Origin: a virus
Taxonomy: Duplodnaviria > Caudoviricetes
DNA: 63,884 bases
Direction: 5' to 3' (one strand)
Virus record (IMG/VR): IMGVR_UViG_3300025132_000031
Coordinates: 1 to 63,884 of that record
Shown: positions 17,485 to 25,813 of the stretch, piece by piece
How the letters are laid out: the number at the start of each line of letters is the position of its first letter
How positions within the stretch are numbered: position 1 is the first letter of the stretch
Position numbers and translations under genes: made by a program
Notes under the pieces: generated by a model
What the model was told of the DNA's origin: nothing
Seen by the model: the letters and a program-made list of their open reading frames with translations, nothing else
Database searches by the model: none

Positions 17485-18122
17485 AAAATATCAATCTTGA
17501 CAAGCCTCTTTATTTAGCAGAAGACTTCTTCGTCACCGCACGTGAAGATTCCAACTTAGTCAGTCTCACCCCTGTCACTGAAAAAGCAATCAACTATCTT
17601 CACGAACTTGTGCCTGACCTATCTAAAGGTGAATCATTCATCCAATCATACGATGATGTTTGCCTTCTAGTAGATACCTTTATCCCCTCCGAATTTTCAG
17701 TATCATGGTTATCCCCACTCAACGTGCTAAGAGAAATTCAAAGTACGATCCAGTCCACGTTATCACGACAACTCCAGGAGCCAGCATCCAACCAGAGCAG
17801 AAGCGAGCAGGATACTGGTTTGCCCGAATCGACTTCGCCCTTAGCAACGGAAAGAATGCCCCTATTGCATTCCACAAAGTTAATAAAGACCTCATCAAAA
17901 GAGGCATGCGTATCAGTACTGACGGCACACTCCTTAAGGACGGACGCAGCTTCACAACCGAACTCAAATACAACGAAACTCTCAAATGTGAGGAACTCGT
18001 TTTTGATCACCTCAGACCCAGCGGCAACCAATCGATGGAAGAAAGTAATCAGGAGCCTTCAGCGGATTTCGAAGGATACGGAGACGCTGACAGTATCACT
18101 GAGCTGCCCGAACAACCAGTGA
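17481..18122 (+). CDS. Hypothetical protein; 3' two-thirds overlaps next gene
   Basis: ATGA coupling to the Gp157 stop. Confidence 0.5.
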   Translation: MKNINLDKPLYLAEDFFVTAREDSNLVSLTPVTEKAINYLHELVPDLSKGESFIQSYDDVCLLVDTFIPSEFSVSWLSPLNVLREIQSTIQSTLSRQLQEPASNQSRSEQDTGLPESTSPLATERMPLLHSTKLIKTSSKEACVSVLTAHSLRTDAASQPNSNTTKLSNVRNSFLITSDPAATNRWKKVIRSLQRISKDTETLTVSLSCPNNQ

Positions 18123-18367
18123 GTTACGATCCATTCCCTGACCCTAGTGAGAAGACAGTCCTCAGAGGAAACCATTCAGAGAACCAACTAGATCCAGACT
18201 TCAAGTTCTTACTTGATCAATGTCTTAATGGTCATGTCTATATGACATCACGATTAGGAGTCAGAGAACACATTCGTCCTGATACTATTCAGAAGTATGT
18301 CACTTCAGTGAACATTGCTTTCGTAGACATCTACAAAGCCAAGAAACAACAAGGAGAATTGCAATGA
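17705..18367 (+). CDS. Hypothetical protein
   Basis: MVIPTQRAKR...; coupled to downstream gene. Confidence 0.7.
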   Translation: MVIPTQRAKRNSKYDPVHVITTTPGASIQPEQKRAGYWFARIDFALSNGKNAPIAFHKVNKDLIKRGMRISTDGTLLKDGRSFTTELKYNETLKCEELVFDHLRPSGNQSMEESNQEPSADFEGYGDADSITELPEQPVSYDPFPDPSEKTVLRGNHSENQLDPDFKFLLDQCLNGHVYMTSRLGVREHIRPDTIQKYVTSVNIAFVDIYKAKKQQGELQ

Positions 18368-18714
18368 AAATGCATGAGCATTCACCTACTCCCTCTGAAG
18401 TTCTTTCTGCGGGGCTACCTATCTATTTCCGAATAGGTAATAGCTCTAAGGAAGTTTTAGAAAGACAAGGAGTCGACAGCATCCAAGAAGAATACCCAGA
18501 GGAATTCGCATGGGTACCTAAAGGCGACTACGTCCACTGCTTTCACTTCCAGAAAGGACAAGGAGGAACCATGGTGAAACGTAAGAAAGACAAAGCTCTA
18601 GTAGAGCTGGCCTTGATTATGAATACTCACCCTGGTATAAAGAATGCAGAAGCTAGTCTACGCTTTGAAGCTCAATTTGCCGACGATGAAACCGACGACC
18701 AAGTATCGAGTTGA
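18364..18714 (+). CDS. Hypothetical protein
   Basis: AGGAG SD, ATGA overlap. Confidence 0.7.
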   Translation: MKMHEHSPTPSEVLSAGLPIYFRIGNSSKEVLERQGVDSIQEEYPEEFAWVPKGDYVHCFHFQKGQGGTMVKRKKDKALVELALIMNTHPGIKNAEASLRFEAQFADDETDDQVSS

Positions 18715-18913
18715 ATTCGTTATACAAGGTGAACCACCTCTCGAACTAGAAGATGTCATTGCAAACACTTGCAAGAAATGGGATCTTCAAGCTACCCAAT
18801 ATAGATATGTTCAACTAGTGGATCCACCTCAAAGAGAGATATCCTTCTCTCCTTCAGGAGTTCCTCTACATATGTTGGACAATATCCAAATACAAGAGCT
18901 ACCTGACTACTAG
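18686..18913 (+). CDS. Hypothetical protein
   Basis: MKPTTKYRVEF... Confidence 0.55.
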   Translation: MKPTTKYRVEFVIQGEPPLELEDVIANTCKKWDLQATQYRYVQLVDPPQREISFSPSGVPLHMLDNIQIQELPDY

Positions 18914-18984
18914 CACGACTCCATAGGGAATATTCTCATCTTCTGACATGCTGTTTTAAACTATCTCAAGTTGCGAACTTAAGC

Positions 18985-19149
18985 ATGAATGCACCAAGAC
19001 TTATTCCAACCGACGCTACTAAGTTAGATGAGGTTGATCAGTATTTCGAGTGTATTGCTAGCTGCCCACCAGCAGATCCAGAATGCAATGCCGAGTGCAC
19101 AGAAGAATTAAAGAGTGACGTAGCTCAACTCAATGTCCCATCCTATTAA
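18985..19149 (+). CDS. Small 4-Cys protein (YFECIASC...ECNAEC), similar to a conserved picocyanobacterial small protein
   Basis: Manual translation, 54 aa, twin CxxxC. Confidence 0.6.
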   Translation: MNAPRLIPTDATKLDEVDQYFECIASCPPADPECNAECTEELKSDVAQLNVPSY

Positions 19150-19345
19150 GTTGGACTCTTTGGCCAGACAGCTTGCTGACTGGGAGATTAGATATCAATT
19201 TAACAGTCCTCACGCAGAGCTTTTCATTGCTGAAAATTGCACTGCATCTCAAGCATGGTACCGATTCTTATCCTTAATCCCTGAGGATGAGAGAGGTAGC
19301 AGTAATAGTAATTGGTCTCTTAAACCTGTAGAAGACTACGACTAA
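19133..19345 (+). CDS. Hypothetical protein
   Basis: ORF track; co-oriented. Confidence 0.55.
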   Translation: MSHPIKLDSLARQLADWEIRYQFNSPHAELFIAENCTASQAWYRFLSLIPEDERGSSNSNWSLKPVEDYD

Positions 19346-19863
19346 CCACAGTTACGGATGGTTGCCTTAATCATCCAACTAGTCTTCCATACATCTCCTA
19401 GTAACTCTGCCAAATAATTAGCAACATCATAGGCTTGACACTGTTGTGCTGCCGGCTCAACCATCTTGAGCATATTAGAGAACGCTTCTAAGTTCTTTAA
19501 GTAAGTAGCCAACATATCTTTGCCTTCGTAGGACTCAACGTTCTTAAAGCATGGACCTAAAGCCTCTTTTAGTCCACAAGCACACATTGGCATCCAATAG
19601 TCAAGAGTTCTCACCAACTCTCCTAGCTTGTCAAACTGCTCTGTATGTAACTCATACTGATCCTTTAAGAACTCATGTACTGCTAAGAAGTTGCTGCCCT
19701 CATAATTGAAATGAATCAAATGCGATTGAGTCTGTAACTCTTTCGCAAAGGCTGCCAATAATACAAGCTTCTGACCTATATCCCCTACCTGTTCTTCCTT
19801 TATCGACTCACTCGGTAACACTTGCAATAGCAAGTCATCAGGTTGGCTTGGGATAATGTCCAT
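19342..19863 (-). CDS. dps: Dps / ferritin-like protein
   Basis: HFNYEGSNFLAVHEFLKDQYE...FDKLGELVR...KTSWMI ferroxidase pattern. Confidence 0.85.
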   Translation of the reverse strand: MDIIPSQPDDLLLQVLPSESIKEEQVGDIGQKLVLLAAFAKELQTQSHLIHFNYEGSNFLAVHEFLKDQYELHTEQFDKLGELVRTLDYWMPMCACGLKEALGPCFKNVESYEGKDMLATYLKNLEAFSNMLKMVEPAAQQCQAYDVANYLAELLGDVWKTSWMIKATIRNCG

Positions 19864-19903
19864 GGACTAGGCGCTGCTGTATCTATTGTAAGGCGTTTGT
19901 TTC

Positions 19904-19925
19904 CGCCGAATTACATCGGTACATT
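19904..19925 (+). promoter_or_regulatory. Conserved early element copy 9 (left arm degenerate)
   Basis: ttaCATCGGTACATT. Confidence 0.7.
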
Positions 19926-19948
19926 TGTTAACCTCTGACTTCGTTTTC

Positions 19949-20566
19949 ATGTCTAAAACCACAGATCAACTGATCGACATTCGTAATACTCTCCCTCTAG
20001 ACGAGAACGGCTTGCCAATGAAGCCGGCATTACCTCTCCTGACTATGGGAATCAATCGAGATGGCTGTCTCTACGGTTATGGAGATACTCCTGACAAGCC
20101 TAAGTTCACATGGGCAGAGAATGCAGGACTCTTCTTCTTTGGTAAGCCAACTCTAGGCTTAACCCATCACGTAACAAGAGGAAGCAGACATCCTTACCTC
20201 AATGTCTATCTCAACACTGTACAGATAGATGATGGAGGCTTCCCTAACCCTGATAAGAACGGATTGACAATCTTAAAGATGAAGATGGGTAACAACCCAG
20301 TGCAGAATGCTCCAGTCACTTTCCTTGGAGATCTAAGGAAACTACATGCAGGAGGTACTATTGACCGAGAGAAATTTAACGGCATCATATACACAAACAA
20401 AGGTACCAAAGGTGGCATCTTTGCTCATATCTATTCAATGGATAACCGAGCTATTGATGGCGTTCCTTTCAACCGTGAACCAGAGCGTTTCCAAGAAGAA
20501 CTTGGACACTTCTGTGAAGCTTTGGGTCAGACTAGTCTCTTTCCTCGAATAATCAATGTCGAATAA
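19949..20566 (+). CDS. Hypothetical protein
   Basis: ATG after motif. Confidence 0.75.
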   Translation: MSKTTDQLIDIRNTLPLDENGLPMKPALPLLTMGINRDGCLYGYGDTPDKPKFTWAENAGLFFFGKPTLGLTHHVTRGSRHPYLNVYLNTVQIDDGGFPNPDKNGLTILKMKMGNNPVQNAPVTFLGDLRKLHAGGTIDREKFNGIIYTNKGTKGGIFAHIYSMDNRAIDGVPFNREPERFQEELGHFCEALGQTSLFPRIINVE

Positions 20567-20819
20567 AACAGTCACAGATCTATCTGCATTTCGCCAACAG
20601 AAGGCATTGCTTCAACGAGTATCACAAGAGGAAACTCTTAACCTCGGGGTTCTACCCACTATCGAGCACTTACTAAAAAGTATCCCTTCACTGAAGGAGT
20701 CACTCCCTCCTCAGTTCAGAAATCGTTTGGCGTTAATAGAGATAGAACTTGAACGACTGAGAGACAACGTTAAAGACATCAACATATTAATTAACCCTTA
20801 CCTTCCTTTACCTAAATGA
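20556..20819 (+). CDS. Hypothetical protein
   Basis: Coupled ORF. Confidence 0.6.
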   Translation: MSNKTVTDLSAFRQQKALLQRVSQEETLNLGVLPTIEHLLKSIPSLKESLPPQFRNRLALIEIELERLRDNVKDINILINPYLPLPK

Positions 20820-21928
20820 TTAGGTTTGCCATGACTTCCTCTCAAGCTAAAACCCACGAAATCAAAATGCCAATGACTGTCACAGGACTATGCACTAAAG
20901 ATGTAGAAGATCCGGGCTCTGAAACTTTCAGCCCTGGCAAAGTCACTCGAGCAGACGCACAGTTCTTTCAAGGACTTAAGTCCGAATGCCGAGAGTGGCA
21001 ATCGACAGAAGAACAACTGAAATCCATTGGTTGCAACTGGCTAGTAACTCCTGAACCTTTATATTCAAAAAGATATGACAGAACCTACCCTGAGATCGTT
21101 AACTGGTACACCAGTGATGGAGATCGCTTAGGTCAGTTCTCTAACTGCAGACATATCATCCATCCTCAAGATGGTTTGAATTGGTATAAAGAGTTTATCC
21201 GTCAAACAAAAGCTGCCTTCTTACAGGAGCTCACGTTAGATGTCATAGGTTATTTACCTGATCAGAAAGTTTTATACTTTGCATCCAAACTCACTGACCT
21301 GAATCCTGAGAAGCTTAAAGAAGTTGGTGATACAACTGATTTCTTCTTGATGTTCAGCATCAACTACATGGAACCTAGAGCTATGAAGGCTCAGATATGG
21401 GCTAACGAATTAGTCTGTGAGAACGGTATGACCCGTCGCATCAGAGATGGTCAAGCAACTGTGAATCACAGGCAAGCTCGTGGCCAATTTGATATATACA
21501 AAGCATTAGAAGCTGCTGTCTTAGAAGCTAAGAGACACGTATATATAAAGGAAAGCTTCATAGATACTCCATGTAACGATGTGGAAGGCAGGAGATACAT
21601 CCGTCGCTTCTTCCAAGATTCAATACCAGAGGAACATCGTGAGTATGCAATAGACAATCCTACATGTAATGTTGATTCTCGAATCATCAACCAATTAGAA
21701 CATACATTCTTGCATAGTCTTAAAGGTGGACACCTTGAGACAAGACAAGACAACTTATTCCGTGTTCATTCCGCAGTAACGGAGTACACAAGCCACCATA
21801 AGGCTGTTAGAAACGGTGATGATTCAAGGTTTGCCAAGCAATTAGATGGCAATCTTTCAAGGATCAATACTCAGTTCACTGAGTTCCTTCAAAAAGCAAC
21901 AACAGGAAGAGACTTCAATGCCATTTAA
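20816..21928 (+). CDS. DUF932/DUF945-like phage protein
   Basis: LVCENGM, downstream H, N-L-F-x-V-H-S-A-V-T-E-Y-T-S-H motif. Confidence 0.7.
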   Translation: MIRFAMTSSQAKTHEIKMPMTVTGLCTKDVEDPGSETFSPGKVTRADAQFFQGLKSECREWQSTEEQLKSIGCNWLVTPEPLYSKRYDRTYPEIVNWYTSDGDRLGQFSNCRHIIHPQDGLNWYKEFIRQTKAAFLQELTLDVIGYLPDQKVLYFASKLTDLNPEKLKEVGDTTDFFLMFSINYMEPRAMKAQIWANELVCENGMTRRIRDGQATVNHRQARGQFDIYKALEAAVLEAKRHVYIKESFIDTPCNDVEGRRYIRRFFQDSIPEEHREYAIDNPTCNVDSRIINQLEHTFLHSLKGGHLETRQDNLFRVHSAVTEYTSHHKAVRNGDDSRFAKQLDGNLSRINTQFTEFLQKATTGRDFNAI

Positions 21929-22190
21929 GAAAAGATCTAACAAGACTGAACCTCCAAAATACAAAGCTGGAGATAGAGTCTCTAGAGCTACTGGTCTTCC
22001 ACGTCAAGGTACCGTTCTTAAACGTGTCGACGACTTGGAGTACACCAATGGAAGGAAGCATAAACAATTCCTCGTCAAGTGGGACAACTCATCCCACCCT
22101 GAGGAGATTGTCACTCAACGTTTACGTCTTATAAAATCACAAAATCCTGATGGGCAAACACAAAAGGAAGACATACAGTCAAAAATATAG
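21918..22190 (+). CDS. Small SH3/Tudor-like protein
   Basis: YKAGDRV...GTV...FLVKWD. Confidence 0.55.
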   Translation: MPFKKRSNKTEPPKYKAGDRVSRATGLPRQGTVLKRVDDLEYTNGRKHKQFLVKWDNSSHPEEIVTQRLRLIKSQNPDGQTQKEDIQSKI

Positions 22191-22332
22191 ACTAAGAGAA
22201 GGTAGCTACAAGCGTGCCCTTCGCCACCAATTAAATTCTGACGGTACCCCTTTATTCCAAGATGGACACATTGATGTTCTCGACCTTAACGCCTCGAGAA
22301 AAATTCTTAATAGAGATAGAAAAAGCAGCTAA
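22150..22332 (+). CDS. Small basic protein
   Basis: ORF track. Confidence 0.45.
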   Translation: MGKHKRKTYSQKYRLREGSYKRALRHQLNSDGTPLFQDGHIDVLDLNASRKILNRDRKSS

Positions 22333-22389
22333 CACAGTGCTTTCTCAACAACCTAATGCTTTCTGTAACCTCTACCCAAATTCATCACA

Positions 22390-22608
22390 ATGCCAACTAC
22401 AACAATCGACTGCGACATCTATACGATTAGCGAACTGATCTTTATTAGAGACGCCATACAAGGAGTGCCATCTCGTTCTCCTGAGCAAGAAGAAAAGAAG
22501 ATCGATATGATCTCCAAGACTAATGAATTGATAGCAGAAATATCCGCTAAGGCACGGAGGAAAGAAAGAGCCACCCACTCTTCTCTTGATAAAGGTATAC
22601 TCGATTAA
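22390..22608 (+). CDS. Hypothetical protein
   Basis: ORF track. Confidence 0.6.
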   Translation: MPTTTIDCDIYTISELIFIRDAIQGVPSRSPEQEEKKIDMISKTNELIAEISAKARRKERATHSSLDKGILD

Positions 22609-22610
22609 CC

Positions 22611-22690
22611 TCTGGCAGTGAGGAGGGGTTGGTCGTCTTCTGATAAAGAATATTAAGACTGAGACAGGCGACCACTCATGTAAGACCAGA
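22611..22690 (+). ncRNA. Candidate structured intergenic RNA
   Basis: tctgg/ccaga, tgag/ctca and tggtcgtct/aggcgacca stems with a UGUAAG internal loop. Confidence 0.45.
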
Positions 22691-22696
22691 CTATTG

Positions 22697-22729
22697 AACC
22701 CTCTACGTGGTGGGCGTAGGGGGTTTTTT
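22697..22729 (+). terminator. Intrinsic terminator
   Basis: aaccctctacg/cgtagggggtt plus T tract. Confidence 0.8.
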
Positions 22730-22731
22730 AG

Positions 22732-22753
22732 TGTCCACTTTCATCGGTACATT
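22732..22753 (+). promoter_or_regulatory. Conserved early element copy 10
   Basis: TGTCC-actttcatcg-GTACATT; ATG at 22758. Confidence 0.8.
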
Positions 22754-22757
22754 GCTT

Positions 22758-23399
22758 ATGTCTTTGCTTAAGCTTGGCGCTGGGAATGCCAAGTTATCAG
22801 ATACAATCCTGACTTTCAGTACTCCCGCAGGACATTGCTGTCCTGGTGCTAAATATTGTCACGTATTAGCAGACAGAGAAACAGGCAAGCTAACAAAAGC
22901 TTCCAATCTTCTGTATGACTGCTATGCCTCTCGAATGGAAGCACGTTGGCCGACAGTACGCAACGCTCGTTGGCACAACAAAGATCTCATAGATTCTATG
23001 ACTCTTACAGATCTCATAGATTGTATGGTCTTATCCATCAATGAACATAAGAGCTTCAAGAAAGCTGAAATGTTTAGATGGTTTGTTTCAGGTGATTGCG
23101 ACTCGATAAAACTTCGTGATGCAATTTTTGCCACTGCTCGAGAAGTGAATCACCTTATTCATTACTCGTACACCAAAAACTTACCCTTGTTCTTAGACAT
23201 TAAAAAGCCTGAGAACTATCGGCTAAGTGCTAGTTGGGGAGGTCGCTTCGATCACCTCATCAACCCTATTGACTTTCCACGTAACGCAAGAGTCGTTCGC
23301 TCAGTAGAAGAAGCTGCCAAGCTTAACCTCCCTATTGATAAGAAAGATGATCTTGCTTACGGTCCAATAGATCAACCCTTTGCCCTTCTCTATCACTAA
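22758..23399 (+). CDS. Gp88-like protein
   Basis: GNAKL...PAGHCCPGAKYC...CYA...FRWFVSGD...YSYTK. Confidence 0.75.
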   Translation: MSLLKLGAGNAKLSDTILTFSTPAGHCCPGAKYCHVLADRETGKLTKASNLLYDCYASRMEARWPTVRNARWHNKDLIDSMTLTDLIDCMVLSINEHKSFKKAEMFRWFVSGDCDSIKLRDAIFATAREVNHLIHYSYTKNLPLFLDIKKPENYRLSASWGGRFDHLINPIDFPRNARVVRSVEEAAKLNLPIDKKDDLAYGPIDQPFALLYH

Positions 23400-23401
23400 C
23401 T

Positions 23402-23611
23402 ATGAAAGGTTGTACTAACGATTATTCAGCGAACGTAACCGTCAGCGATTTCCTTGCTGGCGTCGAGAAGTTCGTCTGGGGTAACATCGACCCCTGTCAA
23501 GAATATACCCTCTACGAAACGTTAGAGGAACTCACTACTCAATTCAGAAGAGTATCAGAAGCAGAACAATTTGCTGCTGACTTAGCTATTCAATCTGCGG
23601 AGAAATCATGA
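23402..23611 (+). CDS. Hypothetical protein
   Basis: Coupled small ORF. Confidence 0.6.
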   Translation: MKGCTNDYSANVTVSDFLAGVEKFVWGNIDPCQEYTLYETLEELTTQFRRVSEAEQFAADLAIQSAEKS

Positions 23612-23799
23612 TTGATTCAAAAACTAGAGACGAAATTATTCGTCGATGTGAAATCTTACGGTATCTTGGCGACGACGGTATCTGTTCTGATTACAATCAA
23701 ATTCCTCCCGATGAATTGATGGAACGCTACGGTGATCTTCTGAAAGATACCAGCAATATATTTGATCAAGAACTTAGGCTCGTTCCTAAAGATGACTAA
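23608..23799 (+). CDS. Hypothetical protein
   Basis: ATGA overlap. Confidence 0.6.
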   Translation: MIDSKTRDEIIRRCEILRYLGDDGICSDYNQIPPDELMERYGDLLKDTSNIFDQELRLVPKDD

Positions 23800-24010
23800 A
23801 TTCACTAAGAAATTCAACCATGCCTTCTGGTTAGGATTTTCAGTCGATACAGACCATGAAGATTTCCCTACAGAACAAGAAATCCTACATGCTTTAACAG
23901 GCAGACTTACAGACATTCTTGATCCAACTCCACATCCTTCTAAAGGGAACCTGCTCAGTGAGCTGAAGCAGGAACTAGATGGACCTCACGACACCTGCGA
24001 AAATGACTGA
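23792..24010 (+). CDS. Hypothetical protein
   Basis: MTKFTKKFNHAF...; coupled. Confidence 0.6.
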   Translation: MTKFTKKFNHAFWLGFSVDTDHEDFPTEQEILHALTGRLTDILDPTPHPSKGNLLSELKQELDGPHDTCEND

Positions 24011-24200
24011 ACTTAAAACGTGGAGATTGACTGCTTCCAAGACAATCACTTACACCACAACAGTCGAAGCTTTCGACCGCATCGAAGCTGAATCAATGTC
24101 CAAATCAACAGGTCTGGACTGGCAAATGATTCAAGACGATGAGCTTGAGATGGAAGAGAACACTGGCTACAACGTTCACACTATCGAGGAGGATGAATGA
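24003..24200 (+). CDS. Hypothetical protein
   Basis: MTELKTWRL...VEAFDRIEAE. Confidence 0.6.
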   Translation: MTELKTWRLTASKTITYTTTVEAFDRIEAESMSKSTGLDWQMIQDDELEMEENTGYNVHTIEEDE

Positions 24201-24371
24201 ATGAGCGACGAAACAAATACCAAAAGCCTAGAAAGACATTACCAAGATGTCTTAGAAGAATGCCCTGAGTATTCAGAACCAAGCAGTGCTCACTATGACT
24301 TAGATCATTGCAGATCTCTAGCTCAAATCCGTTTCGAACGAGAAGCGGATGGCTTCTACGACGACAACTAA
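24201..24371 (+). CDS. Small acidic protein (56 aa)
   Basis: Manual translation MSDETNTKSL...GFYDDN*; GAGGAGG SD. Confidence 0.55.
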   Translation: MSDETNTKSLERHYQDVLEECPEYSEPSSAHYDLDHCRSLAQIRFEREADGFYDDN

Positions 24372-24387
24372 CTCCAACCTTATTCCC

Positions 24388-24762
24388 ATGACTAAATTCG
24401 TCCACATGCAAACACCCACGTCATCAGAATTCTATGAATTCATTAACAATTCCCCTGTTGAAATCCTTGATAAAGAAGAAACAGAACAGATTTACAACAC
24501 TGGTGGAAAAATGTATCGCAAGATTAATTATGCTTTCAAGGTTCCATTTGACAAAGTTGAATATGAAGAATGGTGCATACAAAAATGTTTAATGGATCTT
24601 CTCAGGAATTACTGCGATAACCAAAGGATTCAACATGGTGCTATAGATGACATCCTTGCAAAGCCAAGAGACAATTTCGATCAAGAAATTAAGTTAAGTG
24701 GCGAACAAAAGTCAGTTCTATTAAATTACAGCAAGATCTGGGACAAGCTGCTTGACTCTTAA
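24388..24762 (+). CDS. Hypothetical protein
   Basis: ORF track, ATG 24388 preferred. Confidence 0.6.
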   Translation: MTKFVHMQTPTSSEFYEFINNSPVEILDKEETEQIYNTGGKMYRKINYAFKVPFDKVEYEEWCIQKCLMDLLRNYCDNQRIQHGAIDDILAKPRDNFDQEIKLSGEQKSVLLNYSKIWDKLLDS

Positions 24763-25813
24763 GTTACTCGATGCCTTCGCTGGTATAGGAGGATTCTCTT
24801 ACGCAGCAGAAAGACTAGTCGGTGGATTTGAAACTAAACAATTTATTGAAATCGACCCTTACTGTCAGTCAGTTTTAAAGAAGAACTTCCCTCACGTTCC
24901 TATACACAATGACATCACAACATTCCAGTCATACCAAGGAGAGTACGACGTACTTACAGCAGGATTTCCTTGCCAGGATTTGTCCGTGGCTGGATCGCAG
25001 AAGGGTATTGGAGAGGGAACTCGCAGCGGCCTTTTCTACGAAGTCATGCGTTTGGTTAGGATCATTCGACCTCGATTCGTCCTACTTGAAAACGTTAGAA
25101 ATCTTATCTCGCACCAGCAAGGGGAAACCTTCCAGGAAATTCTCTTTCAAATTGCCTCGGAGGGGCTTGATGCTGAGTGGGAAATTATTTCAGCTCGAGA
25201 CGTTGGAGCGTGTCACAAAAGAGAACGTATCTGGATCATTGCCTACCCCAAACACAATGGACTCCCTCCCTCTCAGGAGCAAGGAATCCATGATCAAGCA
25301 AGTGACAGAGACGAGACCAGGCAGGACACAACTCTCCAACCTCAGGGAAGCAGTCAACCCAGAAGCAGTTCAACTCTTCGAGGAACTGAAGGAGATGAGG
25401 AATCCACCTCTACCAACTCCGACAGCACGAGACCACAAGGACTCGGGACCCAACCTGAACTACGAGAAGGCTCACCAGAAAAGAAGGCTAGCTGGTTCGG
25501 CGGTCGTCTTGACGAACAGCCTACCAACCCCATGCGCTCGGGATTGGAAGGGCAGATCAGGCCAAGGTTTCCAGGATCGATCAGGTGGGAGACCCCGCCA
25601 ACTTCCAGACGTCTTAACCCGCAGTGGCGAGAGTACGTATCTGAACCCACACTTCGTAGAGGAGATGATGGGTTATCCAATCGGGTACCTCGTTTAAAGG
25701 CACTTGGGAACACAATCGTTCCTCAATGTGCAGCTATTCCTCTACAACGAATCAAACACTTATCTACTTACCCCCACTATGAACAACGAAGCATCTCTCG
25801 AACCTCTCAATGA
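24752..25813 (+). CDS. dcm: DNA (cytosine-5) methyltransferase, main chain
   Basis: Motifs I DAFAGIGG, IV GFPCQD, VI LLENV, VIII HKRERIWI, X LKALGNTIVP; no motif IX. Confidence 0.9.
   Translation: MTLKLLDAFAGIGGFSYAAERLVGGFETKQFIEIDPYCQSVLKKNFPHVPIHNDITTFQSYQGEYDVLTAGFPCQDLSVAGSQKGIGEGTRSGLFYEVMRLVRIIRPRFVLLENVRNLISHQQGETFQEILFQIASEGLDAEWEIISARDVGACHKRERIWIIAYPKHNGLPPSQEQGIHDQASDRDETRQDTTLQPQGSSQPRSSSTLRGTEGDEESTSTNSDSTRPQGLGTQPELREGSPEKKASWFGGRLDEQPTNPMRSGLEGQIRPRFPGSIRWETPPTSRRLNPQWREYVSEPTLRRGDDGLSNRVPRLKALGNTIVPQCAAIPLQRIKHLSTYPHYEQRSISRTSQ
24909..25697 (+). CDS. Embedded alternative-frame ORF, probable second MTase subunit (TRD and motif IX)
   Basis: Three LPTP repeats and YLNPHFVEEMMGYPIGY (motif IX-like). 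Confidence 0.65.
   Translation: MTSQHSSHTKESTTYLQQDFLARICPWLDRRRVLERELAAAFSTKSCVWLGSFDLDSSYLKTLEILSRTSKGKPSRKFSFKLPRRGLMLSGKLFQLETLERVTKENVSGSLPTPNTMDSLPLRSKESMIKQVTETRPGRTQLSNLREAVNPEAVQLFEELKEMRNPPLPTPTARDHKDSGPNLNYEKAHQKRRLAGSAVVLTNSLPTPCARDWKGRSGQGFQDRSGGRPRQLPDVLTRSGESTYLNPHFVEEMMGYPIGYLV

Noticed and set aside
12792-22753. Repeated element as a CRISPR array, NtcA box or LexA box
   Set aside because: Spacing is 250-3500 bp with whole genes between copies; the GTA-TAC gap is 12 nt rather than 8; arm geometry does not fit cyanobacterial LexA boxes
12783-22757. Extended ORF starts at 12783, 13796, 14344, 14920, 16322 and 22707 (FHQYI-like N-termini)
   Set aside because: The shared peptide is only the translated DNA motif; real starts are the ATGs downstream of it
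25354-25713. Third, antisense ORF inside the methyltransferase
   Set aside because: Expected by-product of a locally GC-richer, doubly coding region; no motifs
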